From positions 103,985-167,984 of the forward strand of contig CAVZTL010000005.1 in NCBI GenBank assembly GCA_963778215.1: a DNA stretch of 64,000 nt, in the 5' to 3' direction. The stretch comes from an uncultured Actinomycetota bacterium. GTDB taxonomy: Bacteria > Actinomycetota > Thermoleophilia > Solirubrobacterales > Solirubrobacteraceae. The position numbers and the translations under genes are program-made. Shown here one piece after another: positions 30,784-39,705 of the stretch. Position 1 is the stretch's first letter. Each line of letters starts with the position of its first letter. The notes beneath the pieces are model-generated. The model made no database searches and had not been told where the DNA came from. It was given only the letters and a program-made list of their open reading frames with translations.

Positions 30784-31907
30784 CGGGCGATCACGCCCGG
30801 CTCGGCGCAGGTGGCCACGGCGTAGGCCAGGTCCGCTTCGGCCACGCCCCGGATCGACGGGTGGTCCATATCAATGGCCAGTTGCCGCTGGCCGGCCACG
30901 CCGAGGCTGGCCGTGCCGGCCTGCTGCAGGGCCGCCCACAGATCGCCGGTGCGGGCGAGCAGCGCATTGCGGGACACGCCCTCGCGGCGCGCCAGCGTCT
31001 CCAGCTCCCGAACCTCCTCGAAGGGATCGACGCGGACATTGGAGTCCGATCCGATCGTCAAGCGCACCCCGGCATCGCGGTAGCGCAGCGCTGGCAGGAA
31101 GCCGTCACCCAGGTTGGCCTCGGTCGTCGGGCAGGCGGCCACGATCGTCTGCGTGCGAGCCAGCCGTTCCACGTCCGGGTCGCTGACGTGGATCGCGTGG
31201 ATGACGGTGGTCCGCGGGCCGAGGAAGCCGTGCCGCTCGAGCAGGGCAAGCGGCGAGCAGCCGTGCTCGGCCTGGCACTGTTCGAGCTCGCGCGGCTGCT
31301 CCTGCGCGTGCACGTGCCGGACCAGGTGGTGGTCCTCGGCGTACCGCGCGATCGCCGACAGCCACGGGGTCGGCACGGCCCGCACCGAGTGCGCCGCGAC
31401 CCCCACGCTGACGCCCTCGCGCCCAGCTGCCCAGCTGCGTAGGGCGTCAACCCGCTCGAGGAACGTCTCCACATCCGGGTCGCAGAAGCGGCGCTGCCCG
31501 GACTCCGGCGGCACGTCGGCGCCGTCTCGCCAGCCGTTGCGGTGGTAGGCAGCGGGCAGCAGCACGATCTCGATCCCCGCCTCCCGCGCCGCCTCGGCCA
31601 CGGCCACGGCCATGACGTTGGGCTCCGCGTACGGGGTTCCGTCGGGCTGGTGGTGCACGTAGTGGAACTCACCCACGGTGCCGTAGCCGGCGTTCACCAT
31701 CTCGGTGTAGACGGCCAAGGCGACCCGGTACATGGCGTCGGGATCGAGCTCCGCCACCGCGTCGAACATCGCCGCACGCCAGCTCCAGAAGTCGTCTGTG
31801 GCCGACGCGGCGCTGACGCGCTCGGCCGCGCCGCGCATGTCGCGCTGGAAGGCGTGCGAGTGGACGTTGACCATGGCCGGGATCTCCGGCCGTGCCGCCG
31901 GGCTCAT
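30750..31907 (-). CDS. hutF: Formimidoylglutamate deiminase
   Basis: NVHSHAFQR, DFWSWR, GEFHYVHHQPDG, AHSVRAV, CPTTEANLGDG, GSDS. Confidence 0.95.
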   Translation of the reverse strand: MSPAARPEIPAMVNVHSHAFQRDMRGAAERVSAASATDDFWSWRAAMFDAVAELDPDAMYRVALAVYTEMVNAGYGTVGEFHYVHHQPDGTPYAEPNVMAVAVAEAAREAGIEIVLLPAAYHRNGWRDGADVPPESGQRRFCDPDVETFLERVDALRSWAAGREGVSVGVAAHSVRAVPTPWLSAIARYAEDHHLVRHVHAQEQPRELEQCQAEHGCSPLALLERHGFLGPRTTVIHAIHVSDPDVERLARTQTIVAACPTTEANLGDGFLPALRYRDAGVRLTIGSDSNVRVDPFEEVRELETLARREGVSRNALLARTGDLWAALQQAGTASLGVAGQRQLAIDMDHPSIRGVAEADLAYAVATCAEPGVIARQDASSPGSRP

Positions 31908-33154
31908 GCCAACGCCTTCGCAAAGCGCCAGGCGTGATCCTCGCGCACCCACACCAGGCGGCCGGCGATGATCACCGCGGCCACCGGGTTGTGGCCGAAG
32001 CGATACGGGATGTGGCTCACCGGGCCGTCGAGCAGCAGGACATCGGCCCGACGTCCCACACTCAGCGCCCCGCGCTCCGCCGAGCCGCCCAGCACCCAGG
32101 CGGCGTTCAGCGTCATGGCCAGCAGCGCCTCCTCGACCGACCAGTGGTAGCGCCGCACGGCCAGGCCGGCGATCAGCGGCAGCGAGGCGATCGGTGAGGT
32201 GCCGGGGTTGAGATCGGTGGCCAGCACGCAGATGGCCCCGGCGTCGGCCAGCTCTCGCGCCGGCGGCTGATGTTCGTCGCCGATGAACTCCGCGCCGGGC
32301 AGCAGCACCGCGGCGCAGTCCGCCGCGGCCAGGGCTGGGATGTCGTGGCTGGGCAGGCAGGACAGATGGTCGACCGAGCGGGCGCCCGCGGCGATGGCCA
32401 CCGGCACCGAGCCGAGCGAGCTCAGCTGCTCGACGTGCGTGCGCAGCGTGAGCCCCCGCTCGCGCGCCAGGGCTCCGAGGCGGATCAGATCGTCGCCTGA
32501 GAAGGCGATCGACTCGACGAAGATGTCGAGCGCGCTGGCGCGCGTCTCGGACTGCACCCGATCGAGCATGCCCTCGACCTCATCCATCCAGCTGGCCGCG
32601 GTGTACCCGTCGGGCACCGCATGGGCGAGCAGGGCCGTGACCGTCCCGGCCTGGGGCACCTCGTCGAGCAGCCGCCCGGCCAGTCCCAGCGCCCGCAGCT
32701 CCCCCTCGACCGACAGTCCGTAGCCGCTCTTGGTCTCGAAGGCGGTCGTCCCGTGACGCAGCATCTCTGCGGCCAACGCGTGCGCTTGGGCCAGCACCGC
32801 CTCGTCCGTGCTGGCGGCCAGCGCCGCGGCGCTCGAGCGGATGCCGCCGCCCTGGCGGGCTATCTCGGCATACGGGGTGCCGGCCAGCTTAAGCGCGTAT
32901 TCCTGCGCCCGCCAGCCGGCAAAGGGCAGGTGGGTGTGGCAGTCGATGAACCCGGGGAGCACCGCGCAGCCCGCGCAGTCCACGCGCGCGCAGCTCGCGT
33001 CGGCCTCGAAGCCGGCGATCCACTCGCCGTCCATGACCACATCGCCTGGCTCGAGCGTGAGCTCGTGCGCCCGGGTCTGTGGCATCCGCTCGAGCGTGTC
33101 GTCGGGCAGCCGCAGCACCTCGGCGGCGCCCGTGAGGGCCAGCGCCCGGTTCAC
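31904..33154 (-). CDS. hutI: Imidazolonepropionase
   Basis: PGFIDCHTH, GGGI, GTTAFETKSGYGL, HVEQL, ATDLNPGTSP. Confidence 0.95.
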   Translation of the reverse strand: MNRALALTGAAEVLRLPDDTLERMPQTRAHELTLEPGDVVMDGEWIAGFEADASCARVDCAGCAVLPGFIDCHTHLPFAGWRAQEYALKLAGTPYAEIARQGGGIRSSAAALAASTDEAVLAQAHALAAEMLRHGTTAFETKSGYGLSVEGELRALGLAGRLLDEVPQAGTVTALLAHAVPDGYTAASWMDEVEGMLDRVQSETRASALDIFVESIAFSGDDLIRLGALARERGLTLRTHVEQLSSLGSVPVAIAAGARSVDHLSCLPSHDIPALAAADCAAVLLPGAEFIGDEHQPPARELADAGAICVLATDLNPGTSPIASLPLIAGLAVRRYHWSVEEALLAMTLNAAWVLGGSAERGALSVGRRADVLLLDGPVSHIPYRFGHNPVAAVIIAGRLVWVREDHAWRFAKALA

Positions 33155-34683
33155 CCGAGCGCCCCGATCGTTCGCTCGGCGGCCTCCAGGATGGCGCCGC
33201 GATCGACCAGTCGCTCCACTCTGGCGAGCTCCGGGGCGAGGCTGCGGTCCGGGCCCGGACGCGGTTCGATCAGCGCCGTCACCGCCGCCGTGGCGGGCGC
33301 CGGGACAAGCGGCGCGCGCAGCACCAGCGCGCGCGAGGAGCACAACAGCTCGACGGCCAGGATCCGGCTCAGGTTGTGCAGCGTCCGCCGCAGCTTGCGC
33401 GCCGCGCTCCAGCCCATCGAGACGTGGTCCTCCTGCATGCCGGACGTGGGGATCGAGTCGACGCTCGCCGGTGCGGCCAGCCGCCGGTTCTCGGCCACCA
33501 GCGCGGCTGCCGTGTACTGGGCGATCATCAGTCCGGAATCGAGGCCCGGGCTGTCACCCAGAAAGGCCGGCAGTCCCATCGAGCGGGTCACGTCGAGGAG
33601 CCGGTCGATCCGCCGCTCGGCGATGGCTCCCACCTCCGCCGCCGCGATCGCCATGAAGTCGGCGGCGAAGCCCAGGGGGATCCCGTGGAAGTTGCCGTTG
33701 GAGACCAGCCGCCCGTCCTCCAGCACGCTGGGGTTGTCCACGGCCGAACCGAGCTCGATCTCGGCCACGCCGCGCGCGTACCGAAGCACGTCGCGCGCGG
33801 CGCCCACCACCTGCGGCGCGCAGCGCATCGAGTAGGCATCCTGCACACGATCGTCGTTCTCGCGGTGCGAGGCGACGATCGCCGAGTCGGCCATGAGCCG
33901 CGTGAGGTTCGCGGCGCTGATGCGCTGTCCGTCGTGCGGGCGCAGCGCCTGCACCGCCGGATCAAAGGCACTGTCGGTCCCGAGCAGCGCCTCGACGCTC
34001 ATGGCCGCTGCCACGTCCGCGGTGCGGCAGAGTTGGAGTAAGTCCAGGCAGGCCAGCGACAGCATCCCCAGCATCCCGTCGGTGCCGTTGATCAGCGACA
34101 GCCCCTCCTTCGGGCCCAACGTGATCGGCTGCAGTCCGGCCCGCTGCAGCGCCTCGGCCGCGGGCCTCAGTTGGCCACCGGCGTCCGTGACTTCTCCCTG
34201 GCCAAGCAGGGCCAGGGAGAAATGAGCCAGCGGTGCCAAATCCCCGCTGGCGCCGAGTGAGCCGTGTTCGGGAACGGTCGGCGTGATCCCGGCATTCAGC
34301 AGTCCGACGATCGCCTCGATCGTGCGCCGGTGCACGCCCGAATAACCCAGGGCCAGCGTGCGGGCGCGCAGCAGCATCATCGCCCGCACGACCTCGCGCT
34401 CGACCGGTGCGCCCATGCCGGCGGCGTGCGAGAGCACCAGCGAGTGCTGCAGAGTCGTCCAGCGGTCGTGGGCGATGCGCGTGGTCGAGAGCGCCCCGAA
34501 GCCGGTGGAGACCCCGTACACCGGGTTGCCGGATTCGGACAGACTCTGGATCTGCTGCCAGCTGCGCTCGATGCCGGCGTACGCGTCGGGGCTGAGCTCG
34601 ACCGGCGCATCCTCGCGCGCGACCCGCGCGACATCCTCGGGGGCGAGCGTCGGCCCGCCGATCAGCACCGTGTCCTCAGCCAT
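33151..34683 (-). CDS. hutH: Histidine ammonia-lyase
   Basis: VYGVSTGFG, SHAAG, GSLGASGDLAPL (MIO motif), QDAYSMRCAPQV, QEDHVSMG. Confidence 0.97.
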   Translation of the reverse strand: MAEDTVLIGGPTLAPEDVARVAREDAPVELSPDAYAGIERSWQQIQSLSESGNPVYGVSTGFGALSTTRIAHDRWTTLQHSLVLSHAAGMGAPVEREVVRAMMLLRARTLALGYSGVHRRTIEAIVGLLNAGITPTVPEHGSLGASGDLAPLAHFSLALLGQGEVTDAGGQLRPAAEALQRAGLQPITLGPKEGLSLINGTDGMLGMLSLACLDLLQLCRTADVAAAMSVEALLGTDSAFDPAVQALRPHDGQRISAANLTRLMADSAIVASHRENDDRVQDAYSMRCAPQVVGAARDVLRYARGVAEIELGSAVDNPSVLEDGRLVSNGNFHGIPLGFAADFMAIAAAEVGAIAERRIDRLLDVTRSMGLPAFLGDSPGLDSGLMIAQYTAAALVAENRRLAAPASVDSIPTSGMQEDHVSMGWSAARKLRRTLHNLSRILAVELLCSSRALVLRAPLVPAPATAAVTALIEPRPGPDRSLAPELARVERLVDRGAILEAAERTIGALG

Positions 34684-35935
34684 TGCTCTGCACCCTCCCA
34701 GTGTCGTTGGCCAGCCCTGCTAGTACCTCGGTCAGCGCGCCGATCCCCAGTACGCAGTCGTCCAGGCTGGCCATCTCCCGCCGCGAGTGACTGGCCCCGG
34801 TGGCGCTGCGCACGAACAGCATCGCGGTGGGCACGGCGGCGGCGAGCGCTCCGGAGTCGTGGCCGGCACCGGTGGCCATCGGCACATCCTCGATCGCGTG
34901 CTCGGCCAGGATCGCGGCCACCCGCGCGCGCAGCTGCGGTGACCAGTGCACGGCGGGGACGAACGACTCGCGGCTCACCTCGAGCTCGATCCCGTGAGCC
35001 TCGGCGTCGGCCCGGGCCGACGTGACGATCTGCCGCAGCGCGCGCTCGACCGTCGTGTCGCTCGGAGCCCGCACATCCAGCCACAGTGACACGCGCTCGG
35101 CGATCGCGTTGGTTGCGTTGGGCGAGACCTCGAGCTTGCCGATCGTCGCCAGCGCGCCCAGCTCGCCCGCCACCTGACGCGCGGCGGTGACGGCGGCGGC
35201 CAGCGTCAGCATCGGGTCACGGCGGATGGCCAGCGGGGTGGTGCCCGCGTGGTTGGCCTGGCCGCCCAGATCGATGCGCCAGCGGCCGTGCGGGAGGATC
35301 CGCGTGCCCAGGGCGACGGGCCGGTCGCGCTCGGTGAGCAGCGTGTCCTGCTCGATATGGAGCTCGATGAAGGCGGCGATCTGCCCCAGCCGCTCGGGGT
35401 CGGAGCCCAGCCGCTCGGGCTCCAGGCCCGCGTCGCTGAGGGCCTCGCGCAGGGTGACGCCGTCGCGGTCGCGCCGGTCGAGGATGGCCCGGACGTCCAG
35501 GGAGCCGAGCATCGCGCGGCTGCCGAAGGTGGGCGTATCGAATCGCCCGCCCTCCTCGTCGGCGAATGACACCACGGCCAGGGGCGCGTTGGTCGTTCCG
35601 CGTTTTCCGACCAGATGCACCGCGATCAGGCCGCTGAGCACGCCGAGGGCGCCGTCGAAGCGTCCGCCCTCCCGCACGCTGTCCAGATGGCTGCCGGTGA
35701 CGATCGCACCCGGCGCGGGCTGCCCGGTCCAGGCCCAGCGGTTCCCGTTGCGGTCGGTCTCCGGCGCGAGCCCCAGGCGGCGGGCGGTGCGGTCGAACCA
35801 CTCGGCGGCTTCTGTCGCCTCGTCCGTCCAGGCCAGGCGAGTGGTCGCGCCGGTGGCGTCCAGGCCGATGGCGCTCAGCTCGTCGAACAGCTCCCCGAAC
35901 AGCCCGCGCGCGTATGTCGCCTCCGACCGGTTCAT
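34676..35935 (-). CDS. M20 Zn-dependent amidohydrolase (allantoate/N-carbamoylase family), probable N-formylglutamate deformylase role
   Basis: GSHLDSV..GGRFDGALG, DEEG, ELHIEQ, ANHAGTTP, GAGHD, SHS; first gene of the hut operon. Confidence 0.9.
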   Translation of the reverse strand: MNRSEATYARGLFGELFDELSAIGLDATGATTRLAWTDEATEAAEWFDRTARRLGLAPETDRNGNRWAWTGQPAPGAIVTGSHLDSVREGGRFDGALGVLSGLIAVHLVGKRGTTNAPLAVVSFADEEGGRFDTPTFGSRAMLGSLDVRAILDRRDRDGVTLREALSDAGLEPERLGSDPERLGQIAAFIELHIEQDTLLTERDRPVALGTRILPHGRWRIDLGGQANHAGTTPLAIRRDPMLTLAAAVTAARQVAGELGALATIGKLEVSPNATNAIAERVSLWLDVRAPSDTTVERALRQIVTSARADAEAHGIELEVSRESFVPAVHWSPQLRARVAAILAEHAIEDVPMATGAGHDSGALAAAVPTAMLFVRSATGASHSRREMASLDDCVLGIGALTEVLAGLANDTGRVQSNG

Positions 35936-35949
35936 CGCGTCGGCCAGTA

Positions 35950-36076
35950 TGGCGCGCTCCCTGCGCCGAGCCGGTCAACGCACTCTCCTCGCCGTGCCGA
36001 ACGCTCACTGCACGCCGTGTGCCGAACGCTCCCTGCGCGCTACGCCGAACGCTCCGTGCGCGCTAGGCCGAACGCT
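35950..36076. repeat. About 23-bp tandem repeat array with GCCGAACGCT core
   Basis: Exact core at 35996, 36021, 36044, 36067 (spacing 25, 23, 23) plus two degenerate units at 35950 and 35973. Confidence 0.8.
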
Positions 36077-36116
36077 GGGAGAGAAACCGTCCCCTACGGT
36101 CGGTTTCTCTCCCAGC
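36074..36116. repeat. Perfect 16-bp inverted repeat
   Basis: GCTGGGAGAGAAACCG-N11-CGGTTTCTCTCCCAGC. Confidence 0.8.
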
Positions 36117-36128
36117 ACCGTGATCATC

Positions 36129-36156
36129 TGGGGGGCGGCCCGCTGGCCGCCCCCCA
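36129..36156. terminator. Perfect 12-bp hairpin with CGCT loop downstream of the GT39 gene
   Basis: TGGGGGGCGGCC-CGCT-GGCCGCCCCCCA. Confidence 0.6.
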
Positions 36157-36174
36157 CGGGTGCCTCGCTCCGCT

Positions 36175-38320
36175 TCAGGCCCTGGGCTGCGTCAGGTCGT
36201 ACACCGTCTGCCCGCCGATGGTCACGGCCTTGTAGTGGGCCTCGACCCAGGCCGTGATCGTCGCGGTGCTCTGGCCGCGGCTGAGGCCGAGGCCGCCCGC
36301 ACCGGGCCGGGAGGCCCCCGGAAAGCCCCCCTTGCCCGAGCGGCCGCTGGGTGCGCCGCCGGCTCCGCCACCCACCATGTAGTAGTGGATCTCGCCGGCC
36401 TTGACGTACTTCTCGAACTGGGCGAGCGAGATGTTGCCGCCCAAGCCGCTGAAACCGCCGATGGCCATCACGGGACTACCACCGGTGGCCAGCTCGAGCG
36501 AGGCGGCGCTCTGGGAGCCGGAGGCCGCTGCCACCCACCGGTACCTGGACGCTCCGGACCTGAGTGCCTGGGTCAGCGCGCGGCTCACCCGGCTGCCGCC
36601 GTTCAGGCCACCGCCGAGGGCCGACCGCCGGCCGGCCGGTCGCGCCGACTCCGCCGACTCCGCCGGCCCGGCCGGCCGGCCCGGCCCCGCCGGGCGGTCC
36701 GGAGAACGCGTACCGGCTGGTCGCGGCGGTCCCGCCCCCGGCGCCGGAGGGGATCCCGGGCAGGGCGCCCGCGCCGCGCCTGGTTCCGGCCGGCCCGCGA
36801 GCGCCGCCGCCGGGACCACCGAAGCCTCCGGCGGCACCGCTCACGGCCGGACCGGCCGAGGGCACCGAGCCGGTGTGCGCGGTTGCGGTCGTCTCCACCG
36901 AGTAGGCCAGGGGAACCGCCAGGCAGGCGACCACGGCGGCCACGGCGGTGGCGGCGGCCAGACGCCGGCGCAGCGGGGCTGGGCGGCAGGCCAGCCCGGC
37001 GATCGCCACCAGGGCGGCGACGATCACCAGTGGCGTCAGCCACGTCTGCCACGAGGGGGTGCGCTGCAGCATCACCACGGCCCAGGCGGCGGTCACCCCC
37101 ACCATCAGAGCCAGACCGGCTCGGGCCGGTGCCTGCTCGCGCCGCCGCCACAGGACTGCGGCGCCGATGGCCACGAGTGCCGCGATCGCGGGGGCGAGCT
37201 CCACCGTGTAATAGGTATGGATCACGCCCGAGCTGAAGCTGAACACGGCACCGCTGATCAGCAGCCAGCTGCCCCAGAGCATGAGCGCGGCCCGCAGCCG
37301 GTCAGTGCGGGGAGCGCGCCAACGCCAGACCAGTCCGCCGACCAGCACTATCGCGGCCGCCGGCAGCAGCCAGGAGGCCTGGCCGCCCATGGCGTCATTG
37401 AACAGACGGAATACCCCTGCGGATCCGCTGAAGTTCGCGCCCGCCCCACCGGCGCCGCCGCTCAGGCGGCCGAGACCGTTGTAGCCGAGGATCAGGTTGA
37501 GGATGCTGTTGTCCGATGATCCGTCGATCATCGGCCGCGACGCGGCGGGCCACAGGGCGACGATCGCCACCCACCATCCGCCGCTGACCAGTAGGGCCAC
37601 CCCGCCGAGCAGCAGTTGCCGGAGCCTGCCGCGCACGTCCGCCGGCGCCGCGACCAGGTACACGAGCGCAAAGCCCGGGACCACCAGGAACGCCTCCATC
37701 ATCTTGGCCAGAAAGGCAAATCCGAGGAGCGCCCCGACCCCGAGCATCCAACGGGTGCCGCCGGCCTCCAGCGCACGCACCAGGCAGTAGGCCGCGGCCA
37801 CCATCAGGCAGACCATCAATGCGTCGGGGTTGTTGAAGCGGAACATCAGGGCCGCGACCGGCGTCACCGCCAGCGCCGCGCCGGCCAGCAGCCCGGCGCC
37901 GGCGCCGAACCAGCGCTTCACGGCGGCGGCCAGCAGCGCCACCGAGATGACGCCCTCGAGCGCCTGTGGGGCCAGCATGCTTCCGCTGGAGAACCCGAAC
38001 ACGCGGCCCGAGAGCTCCATCACCCACAGCGCGGCCGGCGGCTTGTCGACGGTGATGAAGTTGGAGGAGTCGATCGAGCCGAAGAAGAATGCCTTCCAGC
38101 TCTTGGTGCCCGCCTGCACGGCGGCGGCGTAGAAGCTGTTGGCGTAACCCGACGCGGTCAGATCGATCAGGTAGGAGGCCGCCGTGAGCGCTAGCAGCGC
38201 GATCAGCAGCGGGCGCGCCCACGCCGGGTCCTCCGCGCGCCCGCGAACCAGCGAGCGCAGGCGGCTGGGCCGTGTGAATTCGGCCGCCGTCGGCGGCCGC
38301 GGGATCGTTGTGGTTGCCAT
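36175..38320 (-). CDS. GT39/ArnT-like membrane glycosyltransferase (YkcB-like; indel near 36620)
   Basis: ANSFYAAAVQAG..SWKAFFFG, ITVDKPP, FRFNNPDAL, GYNGLGRL; C-terminal PVMAIGGFSG...VYDLT in next frame. Confidence 0.92.
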
Positions 38321-39568
38321 TTAGCTTCCTTGGGTTGAGAGCGGACGGGCGGGCAGACGCCGAGGGCCATGAGCGGATGCGAACAGCCAGCTCGACATGC
38401 CGGCGTAGCGGGCCACGGTGGCGCCGAGGCTGGCCAGCACCAGCACGCTCACCTCGAGCAGCCGGGCCGGCCGCGGGTCGAGCTGGTGCAACAGCACGAG
38501 TGCCGCGTCGGTGAGCGACAGGGCGAGCGCGTACACGAGCAGGCCTCCGAGGTGGTCGCGGACCAAGCGCTGCCGGCCGCGGACTCCGAAGGTGAAGTGC
38601 CGGTTCGCCGCCGTGTTGGCCAAAGCCGTGAGCGTCAGCGCCACGAAGTTGGCGGCGGCCGAGCCGATTGCGCCGGACAGCGCCACGAACAGCAGTGCGT
38701 AGGCCAGCGTCGAGCCGGCGCCGACCGCGATGAAGCGGACCGGCCGGGTCTGCCACAGCAGTCTCGCCACACCCCGCAGGTCGGTCAGTGCGGTGTCGAG
38801 GATGTCGACGCTCGAGTTGGGGTCCTCAGTCCAGTCCACCGCCACCTCGTGGATGCGCATGCCACGACGTTGGGCGGCGATCAGCAGTTCGGTGTCGAAG
38901 AACCAGCCCTGATCGCGGACGGCGGCCAGCAGCTCCGGCAGGACATCTGAGCGCACGGCCTTGAAGCCGCATTGGGCGTCGCTGAACCTGGCGCGCAGAA
39001 GGGCGCGCAGAAGTTGGTTGTAGGCGCGCGAGATGAACTCCCGCCTCGGTCCTCGCGTGACCCGTGAGCCCCGGCCCAACCGGGTGCCGATGGCCACCTC
39101 GCTGTGTCCGGAGAGCAGTGGGGAGACGAGCGGCAGCAGCGCGCGCAGGTCGGTGGACAGGTCGGCGTCCATGTACGCCACCACCCGCGCCGGGCTCTGC
39201 GACCAGGCCGTGCGCAGCGCCCACCCACGGCCCTTCTGCTCCAGCCGGAGCAGCTCGACATCCCAGAGCGTCGCCGCCAGCGACTGGGCGATCTCCGGGG
39301 TGGCGTCGGTGCTCGCGTTGTCAGCGATCACCACCCGCCAGGTGAACGGCATCGAGCTCGACAGGAAGCGATGCAACCGCCGGATCGAGCCGGCCAGCGT
39401 GCGCTCCTCGTTATAGACGGGGACCACGATCTGCAGATCGACCGCCCGCGACAGCGGGTCCGGTTGCGGTCCTGCGGCGAGGACGAGGTTCACCTGCGCT
39501 GCCGAGGCACGATGACTGCGCCGGCGTCGCGCCGCAGAGACGCGCTGACCCGATGTGAGTGATGTCAT
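38321..39568 (-). CDS. Bifunctional GT2 (polyprenol-phosphate glycosyltransferase) / GtrA flippase protein
   Basis: IVVPVYNEE, ADNASTD, YMDADLS, DAQCGFKA, WFFDTEL; GtrA-like C-terminus ANTAANRHFTF. Confidence 0.93.
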   Translation of the reverse strand: MTSLTSGQRVSAARRRRSHRASAAQVNLVLAAGPQPDPLSRAVDLQIVVPVYNEERTLAGSIRRLHRFLSSSMPFTWRVVIADNASTDATPEIAQSLAATLWDVELLRLEQKGRGWALRTAWSQSPARVVAYMDADLSTDLRALLPLVSPLLSGHSEVAIGTRLGRGSRVTRGPRREFISRAYNQLLRALLRARFSDAQCGFKAVRSDVLPELLAAVRDQGWFFDTELLIAAQRRGMRIHEVAVDWTEDPNSSVDILDTALTDLRGVARLLWQTRPVRFIAVGAGSTLAYALLFVALSGAIGSAAANFVALTLTALANTAANRHFTFGVRGRQRLVRDHLGGLLVYALALSLTDAALVLLHQLDPRPARLLEVSVLVLASLGATVARYAGMSSWLFASAHGPRRLPARPLSTQGS

Positions 39569-39705
39569 GGCTTTCCGACCTTCTGGCGAGAGGGAGGAGG
39601 GTTCGTCCAGAGAGTCCCGCCCGGGTGTAGGAAAGGTGTGAAACCAAGCCAAGGGTTTGGCAAGAGCTTCGTGAGAGCGGCTCAGGCCGCCACCATCGGC
39701 GTCGT

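Noticed and set aside
35950-36076. Mini-CRISPR array
   Set aside because: The core is only 10 bp, the linkers are 13-15 nt and similar to each other, and there are no cas genes in the window.
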